Part shown: in pieces, positions 12,803-25,014 of the stretch
Position numbering within the stretch: the stretch's first letter is position 1
Layout: every line of letters starts with the position of its first letter
Assembly (NCBI RefSeq): GCF_006345805.1
Contig: NC_042997.1
Span: 96,286,001-96,350,000 of the forward strand
Source of the DNA: Octopus sinensis
Taxonomy: Eukaryota
Length of the DNA stretch: 64,000 bases
Reading direction: 5' to 3'
Translations under genes and position numbers: made by a program
The notes under the pieces: model-generated
Database searches by the model: none
Told to the model about the DNA's origin: nothing
The model's input: only the letters and a program-made list of their open reading frames with translations

Positions 12803-13242
12803 ATGCAAATTATAAATAATGCCGTTGGATATTATGTTCACGTATTATTTCTATATTTCAGGTTTAGGATCCATTCTTAAGGACATCTCTGAAATATTTA
12901 AATAGAAGCTAAAAGTGCAAACCATCGATCTACATTATTTCTTATATCTTGCAATGTTTTGGCTTCAAAAAATAATTTCAGCATGGCCGCTGTCAAATGA
13001 CTGAAACAAGTAAAAGATTCAAGGTGTATGTATATATGTATGTGTGTGTATATATATATATGTGTGTGTGTGCGTGTGTGTGTGTATGTGTGTGTGTGTG
13101 TGTGCGTGTGTGTGTGTGTGTGTGTGCGTGTGTGTGTATGTATATATATATATATATCTAATGTAGGATGAACTTTTTCGAAAAAAATTTTATCAATGGC
13201 CAGCATTTTAAAAAATACCTTTAAAGGTTAAATTTATAAGCA

Positions 13243-13376
13243 ATTTATAAGTAAGGGCAAAAGAAAAACGAAAAGAATTCTAATGCCGAAATATGCCGAA
13301 AATAGACATAACGTCAATAACCATGTAATTTATCACTACAAGTTTGTAGTGATTTTTTCTTTTGCCCTTACTTATG

Positions 13377-13380
<4 letters not shown>
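13243..13380. mobile_element. Small inverted-repeat element (MITE-like)
   Basis: 27-bp arms AATTTATAAGTAAGGGCAAAAGAAAAA / TTTTTCTTTTGCCCTTACTTATGAATT with one mismatch. Confidence 0.5.
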
Positions 13381-13420
<40 letters not shown>

Positions 13421-13624
13421 CTACATATTTTTACTGGTAAGAACATAGGGGATTTACTTCTAGCATAAGGATTGTCCACGTAGTGGACATCCCACTCGTA
13501 AGCATATAATACAGATTATTGAACCTTCAGATTTGTATATGCCAGACCACTGGTGTGAAACTAGTGTTAATTAGATTAATATCCTATTTCGCACCCTCAT
13601 TTAAAATTTAAATTTATATATATG

Positions 13625-13684
<60 letters not shown>

Positions 13685-13718
13685 GTATATATATATGTAT
13701 ATATAATATATATATATA

Positions 13719-13772
<54 letters not shown>

Positions 13773-14469
13773 GAGAGAGAGAGAGAGAACGGGAGAGATA
13801 AAGCGACAGTGTGGGGAGAGATAAAGAGAGAGAAAGAGAGAGAAAGAGAGAGACATGTGTGTGCGTATGTATGTGTAAATATATATTTTTGCGTGTGTAC
13901 TTAATTATGCATGTTATTACAGAAAGCATTCTCTTGGAGAGTTTCTGTTACCTGGCACTAGATTGTATGAACTAACAAGACACTAAATCGAAAATCTTAG
14001 ATTCACCAAATTTCGTTGGTAAATTGTATTGAAGACTTCCATTACAACATCCGTATTGCGAAGATCTAATTAGTCATTCGACAGATACATTGAAGTAGAA
14101 CGATAATTCAACAGCACTATTTTGGGAACTCGAGTAGACTTTCTTGAGGTTATATATGTAGTCCAGTAATATGAATATTCCATTAAAGTGGGAAACCTTT
14201 TACTACGCATCGAGGTGTGATATTATTTTTCATGTTTGATATCGACATTTTCTGACACAGGTTGACCTGCGAAGACAAATATTTCGATTCCACGACATAT
14301 CATACAGCGGCAGCCCACTCAAGTATTTCATTCATGAACCGTAGCTATGATAACAGTGGTTGCCCCAACGGCCGCGCGGTTAGATCGAAGTCTCTACCAT
14401 TACATTTATCTTTTAGCGCAGTTACCATCTACTCGAACACGCAATTGCTTCTGTGCGTGAGTGTGTTTG

Positions 14470-14503
<34 letters not shown>

Positions 14504-14789
14504 TGTATGTATGTATGTATGTGTGTATGTATGTATATAGGGATGGTTGCATGCGTTTGTTTCTATTCATTTAAAAATACATTTAAATTTCGTTCAACTG
14601 TTTCATTTAAGTTAATATGTACTAGTATTACTGCCTTCTTTCATCCATTACATTTGTCTTCTAGCGTATGTCCTAGTGTTGTGTTATTGTTTTTACATAC
14701 TTTTATATTAGCATTGTACTGGTGTATTACTTTGTAAAGTGTGTGTTTATGTCTATCAATACTTTTGAGAGCACAAGCTTACGTAGAGA

Positions 14790-14820
<31 letters not shown>

Positions 14821-16201
14821 TGTATATATATATATACACACACGTGTGTGTATGTGTATGCGTGTGTGCATGTATGTATGTATATACACTCACACACACA
14901 CACACATATGTATGTATATGTGTATGTTTTTGTATGCATATTTGTTTTCAAATATTTATTTGTTTATAATTATATGTATATACGGTTATGCGGTGTATGT
15001 TTACGTTTGGTGTTAACGATTGTATATATATGTGTGTGTGTTTATGCATACAACTTATGAGCGTCATTTTATTGTGGTCATTTATCTTTTCCCATTATTT
15101 TCAATTCTTGACATTTCCCGCTCATAACTTTCAATATTCACATTATTTTTCCTAAGTTTAAAAAATCCTATATTTCTTTCTCTTTCCATTTTGTGCACCG
15201 GTGTCAGCTCGTTGACGCCAAATGGAAGTTAATCAGATCTGCCTTTCCTTTGGCCACACCATACATTTCAGAATGCAGCTAACGAAATGAAAACACACCC
15301 TCTCTATCTATCTCGCTAAGCGAATTTATGAGTAAGACAAGCCATTGGCTATTTACCAATTCCGCTTTGCACTCCTCTTTCAAATACTTAACAATGCACA
15401 TCTTACTCCTAACCGTTTTCGTTTTAGCATTATTCATTGCAACAAATAATTTTCAACTCAATGGTTCCATGTAACTAGTGGTAAAGAACAACGGATGGCT
15501 ATGAAGTATTCATAATGTTACATAATAGGCACACGGAGGGTCTTCTGAAACAGCTTTAGTTACATATGCATATATATATATGTATCTATGCACACTCACA
15601 CAGACACACACACACACAACCAACACATGCACAGACACATGAGTGTTTGCTTTTGTTTGTGTGTATGGTCTGTGTATGAAACGTTCATATATGTGTCATA
15701 TATAGATAATAGAGTAAGATGAAAACCTCCAAGTAAACCCCGTTTGCATCGTCTTTATTTTCTCAAACATCTACTTTTCTTGTTGATAAATTATGAAATT
15801 CTTAGCGAACTCAAGTTTAGTAATTTCATAGAAATTTTTAGTTAATCGAAAGTTTGCAACTCAAATAATCATGTGAATTTCTGTAGTGTAATTTTGTATA
15901 TATATGCTTCAATGTTACAACACAGCTCACAAGTGGTTCACTTCGTCCATATTGTTAACTATACCCTCCTTTCTGTCCCTAAATATATGTCTGCGTGAGT
16001 GTGAGTATACATGCGTTTGTGTATATATGTGTGTGTATGTGTATGCATATAAAGGTGAATCATATTTATGTTTATTTTTGCGTGTATCTATCAGTTTATC
16101 TACCTCTCTCTCTCTCTCTCTCGATGTATATTTGTATATATGTTTGTCGTTGTGTATTACTCACTCTCTCTTTCTCTCTCTCTCTTTCTCTCTCTCTCTT
16201 T

Positions 16202-16235
<34 letters not shown>

Positions 16236-16310
16236 GCATATATATATACATACATACATACATACATACATACATACATACTTACACACATACATACATA
16301 TATATCTATA

Positions 16311-18506
16311 TGGATAGTATGTTCAAAGGCACTATGGAAATCAGACTGATATACCAAATTGACTTTCTACAACAGGGACAACATTTGTTGCCAAAATTGA
16401 AATCAGCGAAATGCAGGAAACTACAGGCCCATTGTTAGCCTAAATATTATGTAAACACTGTATACAAGGTAGCTCAAACAATTCCTCCAGGACCATTGTG
16501 AGTCGAACAGTATTGTAACTGATGAATAGGCTGATGGAAGGAAGGGAGTGTGAGGATGTGCCGAACAACTTTTAATAAACAAAGCTGTATTATCTGAAGT
16601 AAGAATACAACGTAGAACCCTTGTGACAGTATGGGCCTGACTATAAGAAGGCATTTGACTCTATCCCTCATTCAATGCTGTTGAAGTGCCTACATCTGGC
16701 AAATGTACCTACTACCTTAATTGCTGCTACAGAGAGGCTCACAGAGACGTGGACAACAATTCTTATCCTTACAACTGAGAACAGAATAATTGTTTCTGAT
16801 AGTATAGACATTTCAAAGGGAATATTCCAGGGAGGTAATTTTTCTGTACTTCTTTTCATTTTGGCACTGAATTCGTTGTCGTTCCTACTGCAGAAAACAA
16901 ATGGTTTCATTCTAGAATCTTAAACTGCTAGAAATTTCAGTGTAACTCGTAAATGGGCATAGAATTTGACCAAAAGAAATGTTCATAATAGGTTATAGAA
17001 CGAATAAATTAAGTCTCCCAAACCAAAAACCTATGCATCAACGGTCTCTCTATCACTCCATTTCACACAAATAATGTTACAAGTACCTAGGCATAGACGA
17101 AAATGTATCATATTAAGGCACTGTAAATAAAGATAGAGTGACCCGAGAATATTACACCAGACTTAGGAAAATATAGCAGTCGGAACTCTCCTCATAAAGC
17201 AAAACAATATCCCACAACGCATGTGCCAGTGCTGATCCCAACATTTGGGATACTTGAGTGGTCTGTAGAGGGAATCCACTCCAAACATGCAAAGTCCTGA
17301 AAACAATTGGGAACCTCCACAGAAACAGTGATGTGGACAGGCTCTACCTAAGAAGAAAAGAAGGTTGTACAGTCCTGAGATCAATACAGTCAAACTTCGA
17401 ATGCCGTGTGGTTTCACTCAGGCACCACTTGCTAAACAAGAGCGGCAAAAATAAATATATAAATGCAGTATTGAAAAGTGGATTGAGCAACATTGTACGA
17501 GATGGCAGTGCGCTCCTCAAGAAGCACTCTCATCTTGATGATCTCCAGTACAGCCCCAAAACAGTTGGGCTCTCTTACATCAGAGAAGACCTGAATGGAA
17601 AGCACTCATCATACAAAACAAAAAAAGACTATGCAAGGTTATGTTGCCCGGAAGCTTAAAGAAGACATTAGAGTTCATAGGAAGTGCAGCCTCTCTTGCA
17701 CACAAGACCACTACATCACACTTTAAAGGCTATGCGTTTCCAATCCATGAACAGGAGATTGTCACAAAGTACCTGGTGAACAATAGAGATAGTGATGCTC
17801 TTGTAATCCCGATGTGCAACCGCATGTGTAGGCTATGTCATATATCTGTGGAAGACATCATGCATGCGATTAACATCAGTCCTAAAATGTCGTCTCGGTA
17901 CTACCTCCCTATGCAGCACGATGTTGTTGCTAAAACAATTTACTATGCCATCCGCAAAATCGACTGTACTGAAATAAATTTTAAAAATCGCACTGTTCAT
18001 AAACACCAACTCCAGGGATACTGGTTGAATATTCTCATCTAAACGTCTGTCAAATGTAAACATAACAGGCCGGATATTGTTGTTTAGGACAGAGGGACAA
18101 ACGTTTGTACCATCAAAGAGATCAGCTGCCCTGCAGATATAAATATCTCTTTGAAAATCAGAGAGAAAGAAGGTACCTATTGACATCTGCTTCGAAAACT
18201 CCAGATTCTATAACCAGACTATGAATTCATATTCATACCAATAATAATTGGAGCACTAGGTTTTGTTAGTAAATGCTTAAAGGAGATACTGGATAAACTA
18301 TGATTTTCAGAAAGAGAAATCAAACGGCTGATTCGTACAATATAAGTGCATGCTTTAAGTGGAACAGTAAAGATATGGAAGACTTTTCTCAAGTTTCAAA
18401 TGTGAATTTGTCCGTGTTAACTAAATCCCAGAGATAGAGCCCTGTATCTTTGTTGGAAACCGGTTCCCTCCTCAGTGGAAGATTTATAATAATTGAAAAA
18501 TAGAAG
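16311..18506 (+). mobile_element. 5'-truncated degenerate R4-clade element, family C, flanked by (CATA)n
   Basis: Broken-frame motifs NYRPIVSLNIM, GCAEQLLINKAVL, DYKKAFDSIPHSML, KGIFQGGNFSVLLFILAL, SDVDRLYLRRKEG, CRLCHISVEDIMH, HNRPDIVV, EISCPADINI and PIIIGALG...KTFLKFQM*. Confidence 0.85.
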
Positions 18507-18959
18507 CTACATAAATACATAAATACATACATACGTACGTACGTGCGCACATACATACATACATACATACATACATACATACATACATACATACATACAT
18601 ACATACATACATACATACAAACATACATGCATACATACATACACACACGAAAGAACCACACACTGATAGTATATAAGCTTTACTGAGTGGAATGCACATC
18701 GGTATGGAGATAAAATCAGACTGAGTATGAGTGTTGTTTGAACCAGTATTATTAGACGGCAAGGTAAATTCTCCACATTACATTTTCTCTGTTTTAAAAG
18801 ATATTCAATTGCTGCTGTGATTCATGAATTTATTTTTAAATTTTGAAATATCGTACCAAGAGTAATATTTTTTAAACTATCTACATGTACTTAATCAAAG
18901 TTTATTTAGTCTGAATATTACAAATCTAATGAAGTCGACAAACTGGAGAAGTTGTTTGA

Positions 18960-19115
18960 ACACCGATCAAAATACTTGCGGCATTTCGTACGTGCTTACG
19001 TTCTGAGTTCAAATTCCACCAAAGTAGACTTTGCCCTTCATCCTTTCGGCTATGATAAAATAAGTACCAGTTGAGCACAGTTTCGATGTGATCGACTCAA
19101 CCTTCCTAAACTTTT
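18960..19115 (+). mobile_element. SINE family B, partial
   Basis: TACGTTCTGAGTTCAAATTCC...GACTTTGCCCTTCATCCTTTCGG...AAGTACCAG. Confidence 0.75.
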
Positions 19116-19159
19116 CTTGCTTTGTGCCAAAATGTGAAACAAATATATATCTGATATCA

Positions 19160-20447
19160 GAAAATGTTTAACACTCTATAAACCGTTTAAATACTCAACA
19201 AATGCAGCAGCTATTCTATGCAGGAGTCCCTAAATTGCATACCGAAAATGTTAAACACTCTATAAACTGTATAAATACTCAACAAATGCAGCAGTTATTC
19301 TATGCAGGAGTCCCTAATTTGCATACCGAATATGTTTAGCACTCTATAAACTGTTTAAATACTCAACAAATGCAGCAGTTATTCTATGAAGGAGTCCATA
19401 ATTTGCATACCGAAAATTTTTAACCCCTCTATTAACTGTTTAAATACTCAACAAATGCAGAAGTTATTCTATGCAGGAGTCCGTAATTTGCATACCGAAA
19501 ATGTTTAACACTTTATAAACTGTTTAAATACTCAACAAATGCAGCAGTTATTCGATGCAGGATTCCCTAATTTGCATACTGAAAATGTTTAGCACTCTAT
19601 GAACGGTATATATACTCACCAAACACAGCAGTTATTCAATGTAGGAGTCCCTAATTTGCATACCGAAAATGTTTAACACTCTATAAAGTGTTTAAATACT
19701 CAACGAATGCAGCGGTTATTCCATGAAGGAATCCCTAATTTGCATACCGAAAAGGTTTAACACTTTATAAACTGTTTAAATACTCAACAAACGCAGCAGT
19801 TATTCTTTGAATAAGTCCCTAATTTACATACAGAACATTTTAAACCCCTCTATAAGCTATTTAAATACTAAACAAATGCAGCAGTTATTCTATGCAGGAG
19901 TCCCTAATTTGCATACCGAAAATTTTTAACCCCTCTATAAATTTTTTAAATACTAAAAAAATGCAGCAGTTATTCTATGCAGGAGTCCCTAATTTGCATA
20001 CCGAATATGTTTAGCACTCTATAAACTGTATATATATTCAACCAATGCAGCTGTTATTCTCTGAAGGAGTCCCTAAATTGCATACCAAAAGTGTTAAACA
20101 CTCTATAAACTGTTTATATACACTCAACAAATGCAGCAGTTATTCTATGAAGGAATCCCTAATTTGCATACCGAAAAGTTTTAACTCCTCTATAAACTGT
20201 TTAAATACTCAACAAATACAGCAGTTATTCTATGAAGGAGATCCTAATTTGCATAACGAAAATGTTTAATACTCTATAAACTGTATATATACTCAACAAA
20301 TGCAGCTGTTATTCTATGAAGGAGTCCCTAATTTGCATACCGAATATTTTTAACCCCTCTATAAACTGTTTAAATACTCAACAAAGGCAGAAGTTTTTCT
20401 ATGCAGGAATCCCTAATTTGTATAACGAAAATTTTTAACCCCTCTAT
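19160..20447. repeat. Minisatellite, 84-85-bp unit, ~15 copies
   Basis: Period counted from GAAAATG starts at 19160, 19244, 19328, 19412 and 19497. Consensus GAAAATGTTTAACACTCTATAAACTGTTTAAATACTCAACAAATGCAGCAGTTATTCTATGCAGGAGTCCCTAATTTGCATACC. Confidence 0.97.
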
Positions 20448-21439
20448 GTGTTATTTATCTATCACAATGTTTCAGTAATACCTTATTCAGTGGCTACCCT
20501 AAAACAAATTGCTTCAACTGAACATGAAGGCAAGATTATGCTGTGAAACTTAGTTTGATCTATACATAAAAAGTACAGGTGCTAGCACAGATAGATAGAT
20601 GATTATATCGAACACTCAGAATGAAAATTTATCATCGCATTTGGAGGACGAATATTCTGCATTTGCAGACTAACAAGGTTAACAATTATATATATATATA
20701 TGCGTGTGTGTGTGTGTGTGTATACGTGCGTACTTGCGTGAGTATGTGTGTAGGTATTCCCTAGAAAGCTACACATTAAAGCCATACCCAATGAACCAGC
20801 AAAACAGAGAGAATTTTAGGTAACATAGTTCTGGAGAACTTCAAAATGGAGATAGATCTCCCGAAACTCAGAGCTCAATCCCACCAACAAAAGAGTACCT
20901 CAATTGATGAAGAAATGAAATGATTGTAATCGCGAAAAAAGCTCAAGGGAACCTTTTTGACAATATCATTATACTCTAGAAAAAGAAGTGTGAAAACAAG
21001 GAAGTAAATTTACTTCAAACATGGAAGAAACAACGATTGGTTCAATCACCATGGGGGTGAATTCAAGGAGGAATACCTATCTGATAACCCTTTCTTGACA
21101 AAATAATAATAATTACGAACTCCACACAGCCGGAAGAAATTCACTACCTGAACAATACCTGAATGCCCATCCAGAACCAGGAATAATCAATACTCTCTCC
21201 GGGGTTCTAAATACTCATCAAATACACCATATGGGAATTTCCGTTGCACCTTCACCATATCCCTTTGAATAAGGGAAGCATACTCATTCAAAATATATAA
21301 ACCACAGCTAAATATCCTTTAGAAAGAAGAAAATATACGAAAGGGAAAAAGGAAAAAGATTCAATTTTTTCACAAAATATCAACCAGTTACAACAGACAA
21401 TTTTTAAAAACTTTAGTAACAGTTTTTCACCCTAGTTTC

Positions 21440-21715
21440 GAAACCGCAACTCCAAATCAACACACAATAACACCATACAAACACCAGTTGTTGACGTCAC
21501 CTAACTCTAGCCAAATGAAATTTTACTTCCCATCAAAATCGAACTTCAGCAAATACAACAAAATGACCCTTTAAGAGAATTAACCATCCGGAACGGCTGA
21601 TGACCGTTCCCAACTGGGAAGCCAACCAGAATCACAAACTTGATCACCAGAAGCACAACACGTCACCAGGGCTTTAACGAATCAAAAATCAGATCTGTAC
21701 GCGGGAAAAATTATA
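21440..21715 (+). mobile_element. Penelope-like 3' region; upstream 20850-21440 may be decayed PLE RT
   Basis: Homologous (roughly 80% by eye) to 38400-38660 on the minus strand, which lies downstream of a GIY-YIG domain. Confidence 0.6.
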
Positions 21716-22166
21716 AATACATCGGATTCCAAAAGAACAACGTTACAAGCGAAAGCGCCTGCACGCAATTGAAAGAGAATCACAGAAAGTGTAGACCAAA
21801 TCCCTTTTTAACAATCTTTATTTCTCTCTTGTTTTTCTACCTCTTCGCTCAGTATGACAGAATCTTTGATGATATTCATTTCTTTTTGACCACTACTAAC
21901 ATATTGATTTTTATGAACATTTAAACTTGTCACAATTAAAATTTTTAAACATTTTTCTAATTCATAATTGTAAATTTGTCTGTTATGGACATTTAACATT
22001 TCAACATTGTAAGTTTTAAACACGTTATTCTAATTCATAATTCTAAATTTTTACTTTTGATAAACAGAAAATATTGTTGTAACTAGTTTCTGCATAAGTA
22101 AATAAATTCATTTTAAAACAATTACAAGTTTTTCAAATATAGACGCATTTCCAATAACAAATTTGC

Positions 22167-22206
<40 letters not shown>

Positions 22207-22299
22207 ATTACAGCTGAAAAATCATCACATGGGTGTTACTCAAGAGTTCCACGTTCCCGTTTGTTTGACATTTGTGATTAATACCGTATACATATATGT

Positions 22300-22900
22300 A
22301 TATGTGTGTGTGAGTGGTTGCAGGACACACACATCTCTGGTTTTCAGCGAAATAGTAGAGAATTTAAAAGAAATGTAAAGTGGCAAGTACGTATTCAGAT
22401 CTCTACTGATCTACAGAGTCCATGTGATTGTCATGCTATCAGTTACTTTCCGCTTTTTTATTTTTATGAGAGAATTTTGGCGCCACTTTCATTTCAGACT
22501 ACAGTGTGGTGGATTCAAGGACTTCAGTTGTGCAAGCAACATAATGGTGTCAATTAGTCATTTATACGCCATCCTATAGACTATGAACATTGTATCATGT
22601 TTTAGCAGAATTAGGTTATGAGTGACGTCATGTGACCAAGGTAGTTAGAATATAGACTGTATGGCATTGCGGGGATTATGTGCTCAACTATGTTGCGCAG
22701 ATCATCTAGCCGTAGGGCTGGATGTCATGTCTATCAATTCTTACCGGCTCGAAATTCATTCACAAAGTAAGAATAAATTTCTAATTGATTGTTATTGCGG
22801 GCTAGTGACTAAGGCGAAACGTTGTCAAGGATAACTTATTTGATGATCCGGAGACCCCAGATGAAACGGGTCAGCGCAGGAGTTTTCCTTCTATTTACAC
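22300..22900 (+). mobile_element. Probable PLE endonuclease C-terminus and 3' UTR with decayed HHR-like motifs
   Basis: ORF ends ...WWIQGLQLCKQHNGVN*, resembling the WI..L.T..P.GLN end of PLE GIY-YIG proteins. Followed by GGCGAAACGTT and TTGATGA-TCCGG...GAAACGGGTC. Confidence 0.4.
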
Positions 22901-23279
22901 TTGAAGTAGTGTAAGTTCTATACGCAATATTTCGTAAAAGCTTTGGCTGTCATACCCATATATTGCTTTATGATTTCATACATAAGGCTCCACTAACTTT
23001 GAGAAGCAGAATTCTACCAAGGGGCAGTCGGTAAAATTTCGGAGGTTACACGTCGGTGGATGGAGTACCCGGCAGTTTCAAGTTGGTGGATGGAGAGCGT
23101 CTACTATAGGTGAATTTTTGGAAGTCATATTATCGAAAAAATTAAGAGAAAATGTTGATGTTGTGAGGGTCTAAAAGATTAAAAGTTTGTGGATTTGGAA
23201 ATGGTTTTGTACTAGCGAAAGAAAAACCTAGCTGTATTAGTGAAATCTAGAATTTCGGGGATAACGTCAGTGGCAAGTT

Positions 23280-23640
23280 GCATATATGTTTAATGTACTC
23301 TTCAGGAATACTTTTATAGTAGGATGCGTCCCTGATGAAGTCAGGTGATAAATTGCAAAATCATGCTTGTGACTAGATTTCTAATTATGAGCGTCGGTTC
23401 GTAGGTCTAAAAATCTAAGCAGTTACCATTTTCTGTAGGAGTAGTATATTTCCATGCAGAACTTTTGAGTTATGCCCAGGTAGTCGAACTTTGTTCAGAT
23501 GCTACAAAATCTTATATCTTTGCAGAAATATTTGTGTGTCTCCGTTAGATACTCTCTAATCATCCATGGCGTATGTTCATTGGGCTTTAGGTTGTCAGAC
23601 CAGCATCATTAGAATGGGGCGAAGTGAAGTCTCAATATAA
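23280..23640 (-). mobile_element. Probable PLE RT remnant
   Basis: Broken-frame motifs YAMDD, KFCME, ENGNCLDF.DL and KSIPEEYIKHICN. Confidence 0.4.
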
Positions 23641-23786
23641 TCTCCGAAAATCTGACGGACCGAATATGTACTACATTTAGTATGATTTTCGTAAATTTGA
23701 AATTCTAACTCTTGAGTTTAGTAATATTTTCATCCGTTTTTTTTCTCACTTGTATGTGTGTGTTTATAGATACATGTGTGTGTATA

Positions 23787-25014
23787 CAGGGGTTGGACAA
23801 AATAATGGAAACATCTTAAAATTTCAAACACATTTATTTTAATATGGGGTAGGACCACATTTTGCAGTAATTGCACCTTGAATTTTACGAGGTATAGACT
23901 CGTACAAATTTTCAATTGTTTCCAAGGGAATTTTTGTCCATTCTTCAGCTAAAACAGTCTCCTGTTCTTGTAGTAATGATGATGGAAGATATCGACTCCT
24001 TACTTGATTTTCTAAAATGCACCATGAATGTTCACTAATATTAAGATCTAGGGACTGTGGCGGCCATATAAGATGTTCAACTCCACTAGAATATCCCTCG
24101 TGCGATTCAGTAAGAACTTTAGCTGTGGGAATTGGTGCATTATCATCCTGAAAGATTGCGTTTCCCTCCGGAAACAGGTCCGCTACCATAGGGTGTATTT
24201 GATCAGATAAAATGCTTAAATAGCCTTGTATATTAATTCTGCCATGAAGAGAAATCATTGGGCCGGCGGATTTCCGAGATATAGCCTCACAGATCATCAC
24301 AGATCCTCCTCTATGAAGGCAGTCTATAGCAAATGCTTCTTTTGGCTGTCTTCACACATATACCCGGCCGGTGGTTGGAAATAAAGTAAAGAATGACTCG
24401 TCTGAGAAAATAACATTCTTCCACTGCTCTAGGGACCAATTCTTTAGGATTTTACTCCACACTAATCGCTTTGCAACGTTTGATTTTGAAAGTAGTGTTT
24501 TTCTGATTGCAGCCCTCCTGTGAAATCCAGCTTTGTGCAGCTCCCGACGAACATTGTTGTGGAAACTGGGTTCCCGAGGTGGTCATTAAGCTGTGCAGTT
24601 ATTTTGAGAGCTGTACTTTTGGATTCCTTTCTAATAATTCGCGTAAGATTTCGACCCGAAGTTTAGTTTCGACAAGGAAGCTTTTCCTTCTTTCTTAAAG
24701 GCTGTCATTACTTTCGAGACAGTACTTCTTGAGACAACAAACATCTCGGCTGTTTTCGTTATGCTTGTGCCTGCCATATGAGTACCGACAATTTGACCTT
24801 TTTGAAATCCAATAGATCTGCCATTTTAGCGAATTTTAATTACCTTTTTCTGATGATATATGAGAAGAAAGGAGCAATTTTAGCAAAACATATTAAGTAA
24901 CACTAATAATAAATCAAATAACATAAAAATAAACAAGATTATGATTGTTTTAGAGATATTTCAAACTTATGATGCTATGCTGGTAGGTGTTTCCATTATT
25001 ATGTCCAACCCCAG
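23787..25014 (-). mobile_element. Full-length Tc1-type DNA transposon (1228 bp) with DD36E spacing
   Basis: TIRs CAGGGGTTGGACAAAATAATGGAAACA / TGTTTCCATTATTATGTCCAACCCCAG, TA target duplication at 23785-86 and 25015-16, and an internal transposase. Confidence 0.95.
23839..24824 (-). pseudogene. Tc1-family transposase, frameshifted
   Basis: N-terminus MADLLDF.KGQIVGTHMAGTSITKTAEMF, then VIFSDES, IFQDDNAP and WPPQSLDLNISE. 36 residues counted between the second D and E. Confidence 0.9.

Noticed and set aside
12843-12905. Possible splice acceptor TTTCTATATTTCAG followed by GLGSILKDISEIFK*
   Set aside because: Short, with no recognisable homology or partner exons. Such acceptors are common by chance in AT-rich DNA.
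19160-20447. 84-bp (28-codon) period suggested a C2H2 zinc-finger array, or a CRISPR array
   Set aside because: No frame gives CX2C...HX3H or TGEKP, the consensus has stops in all six frames and 85-bp units break frame. There are no unique spacers, so it is not CRISPR.
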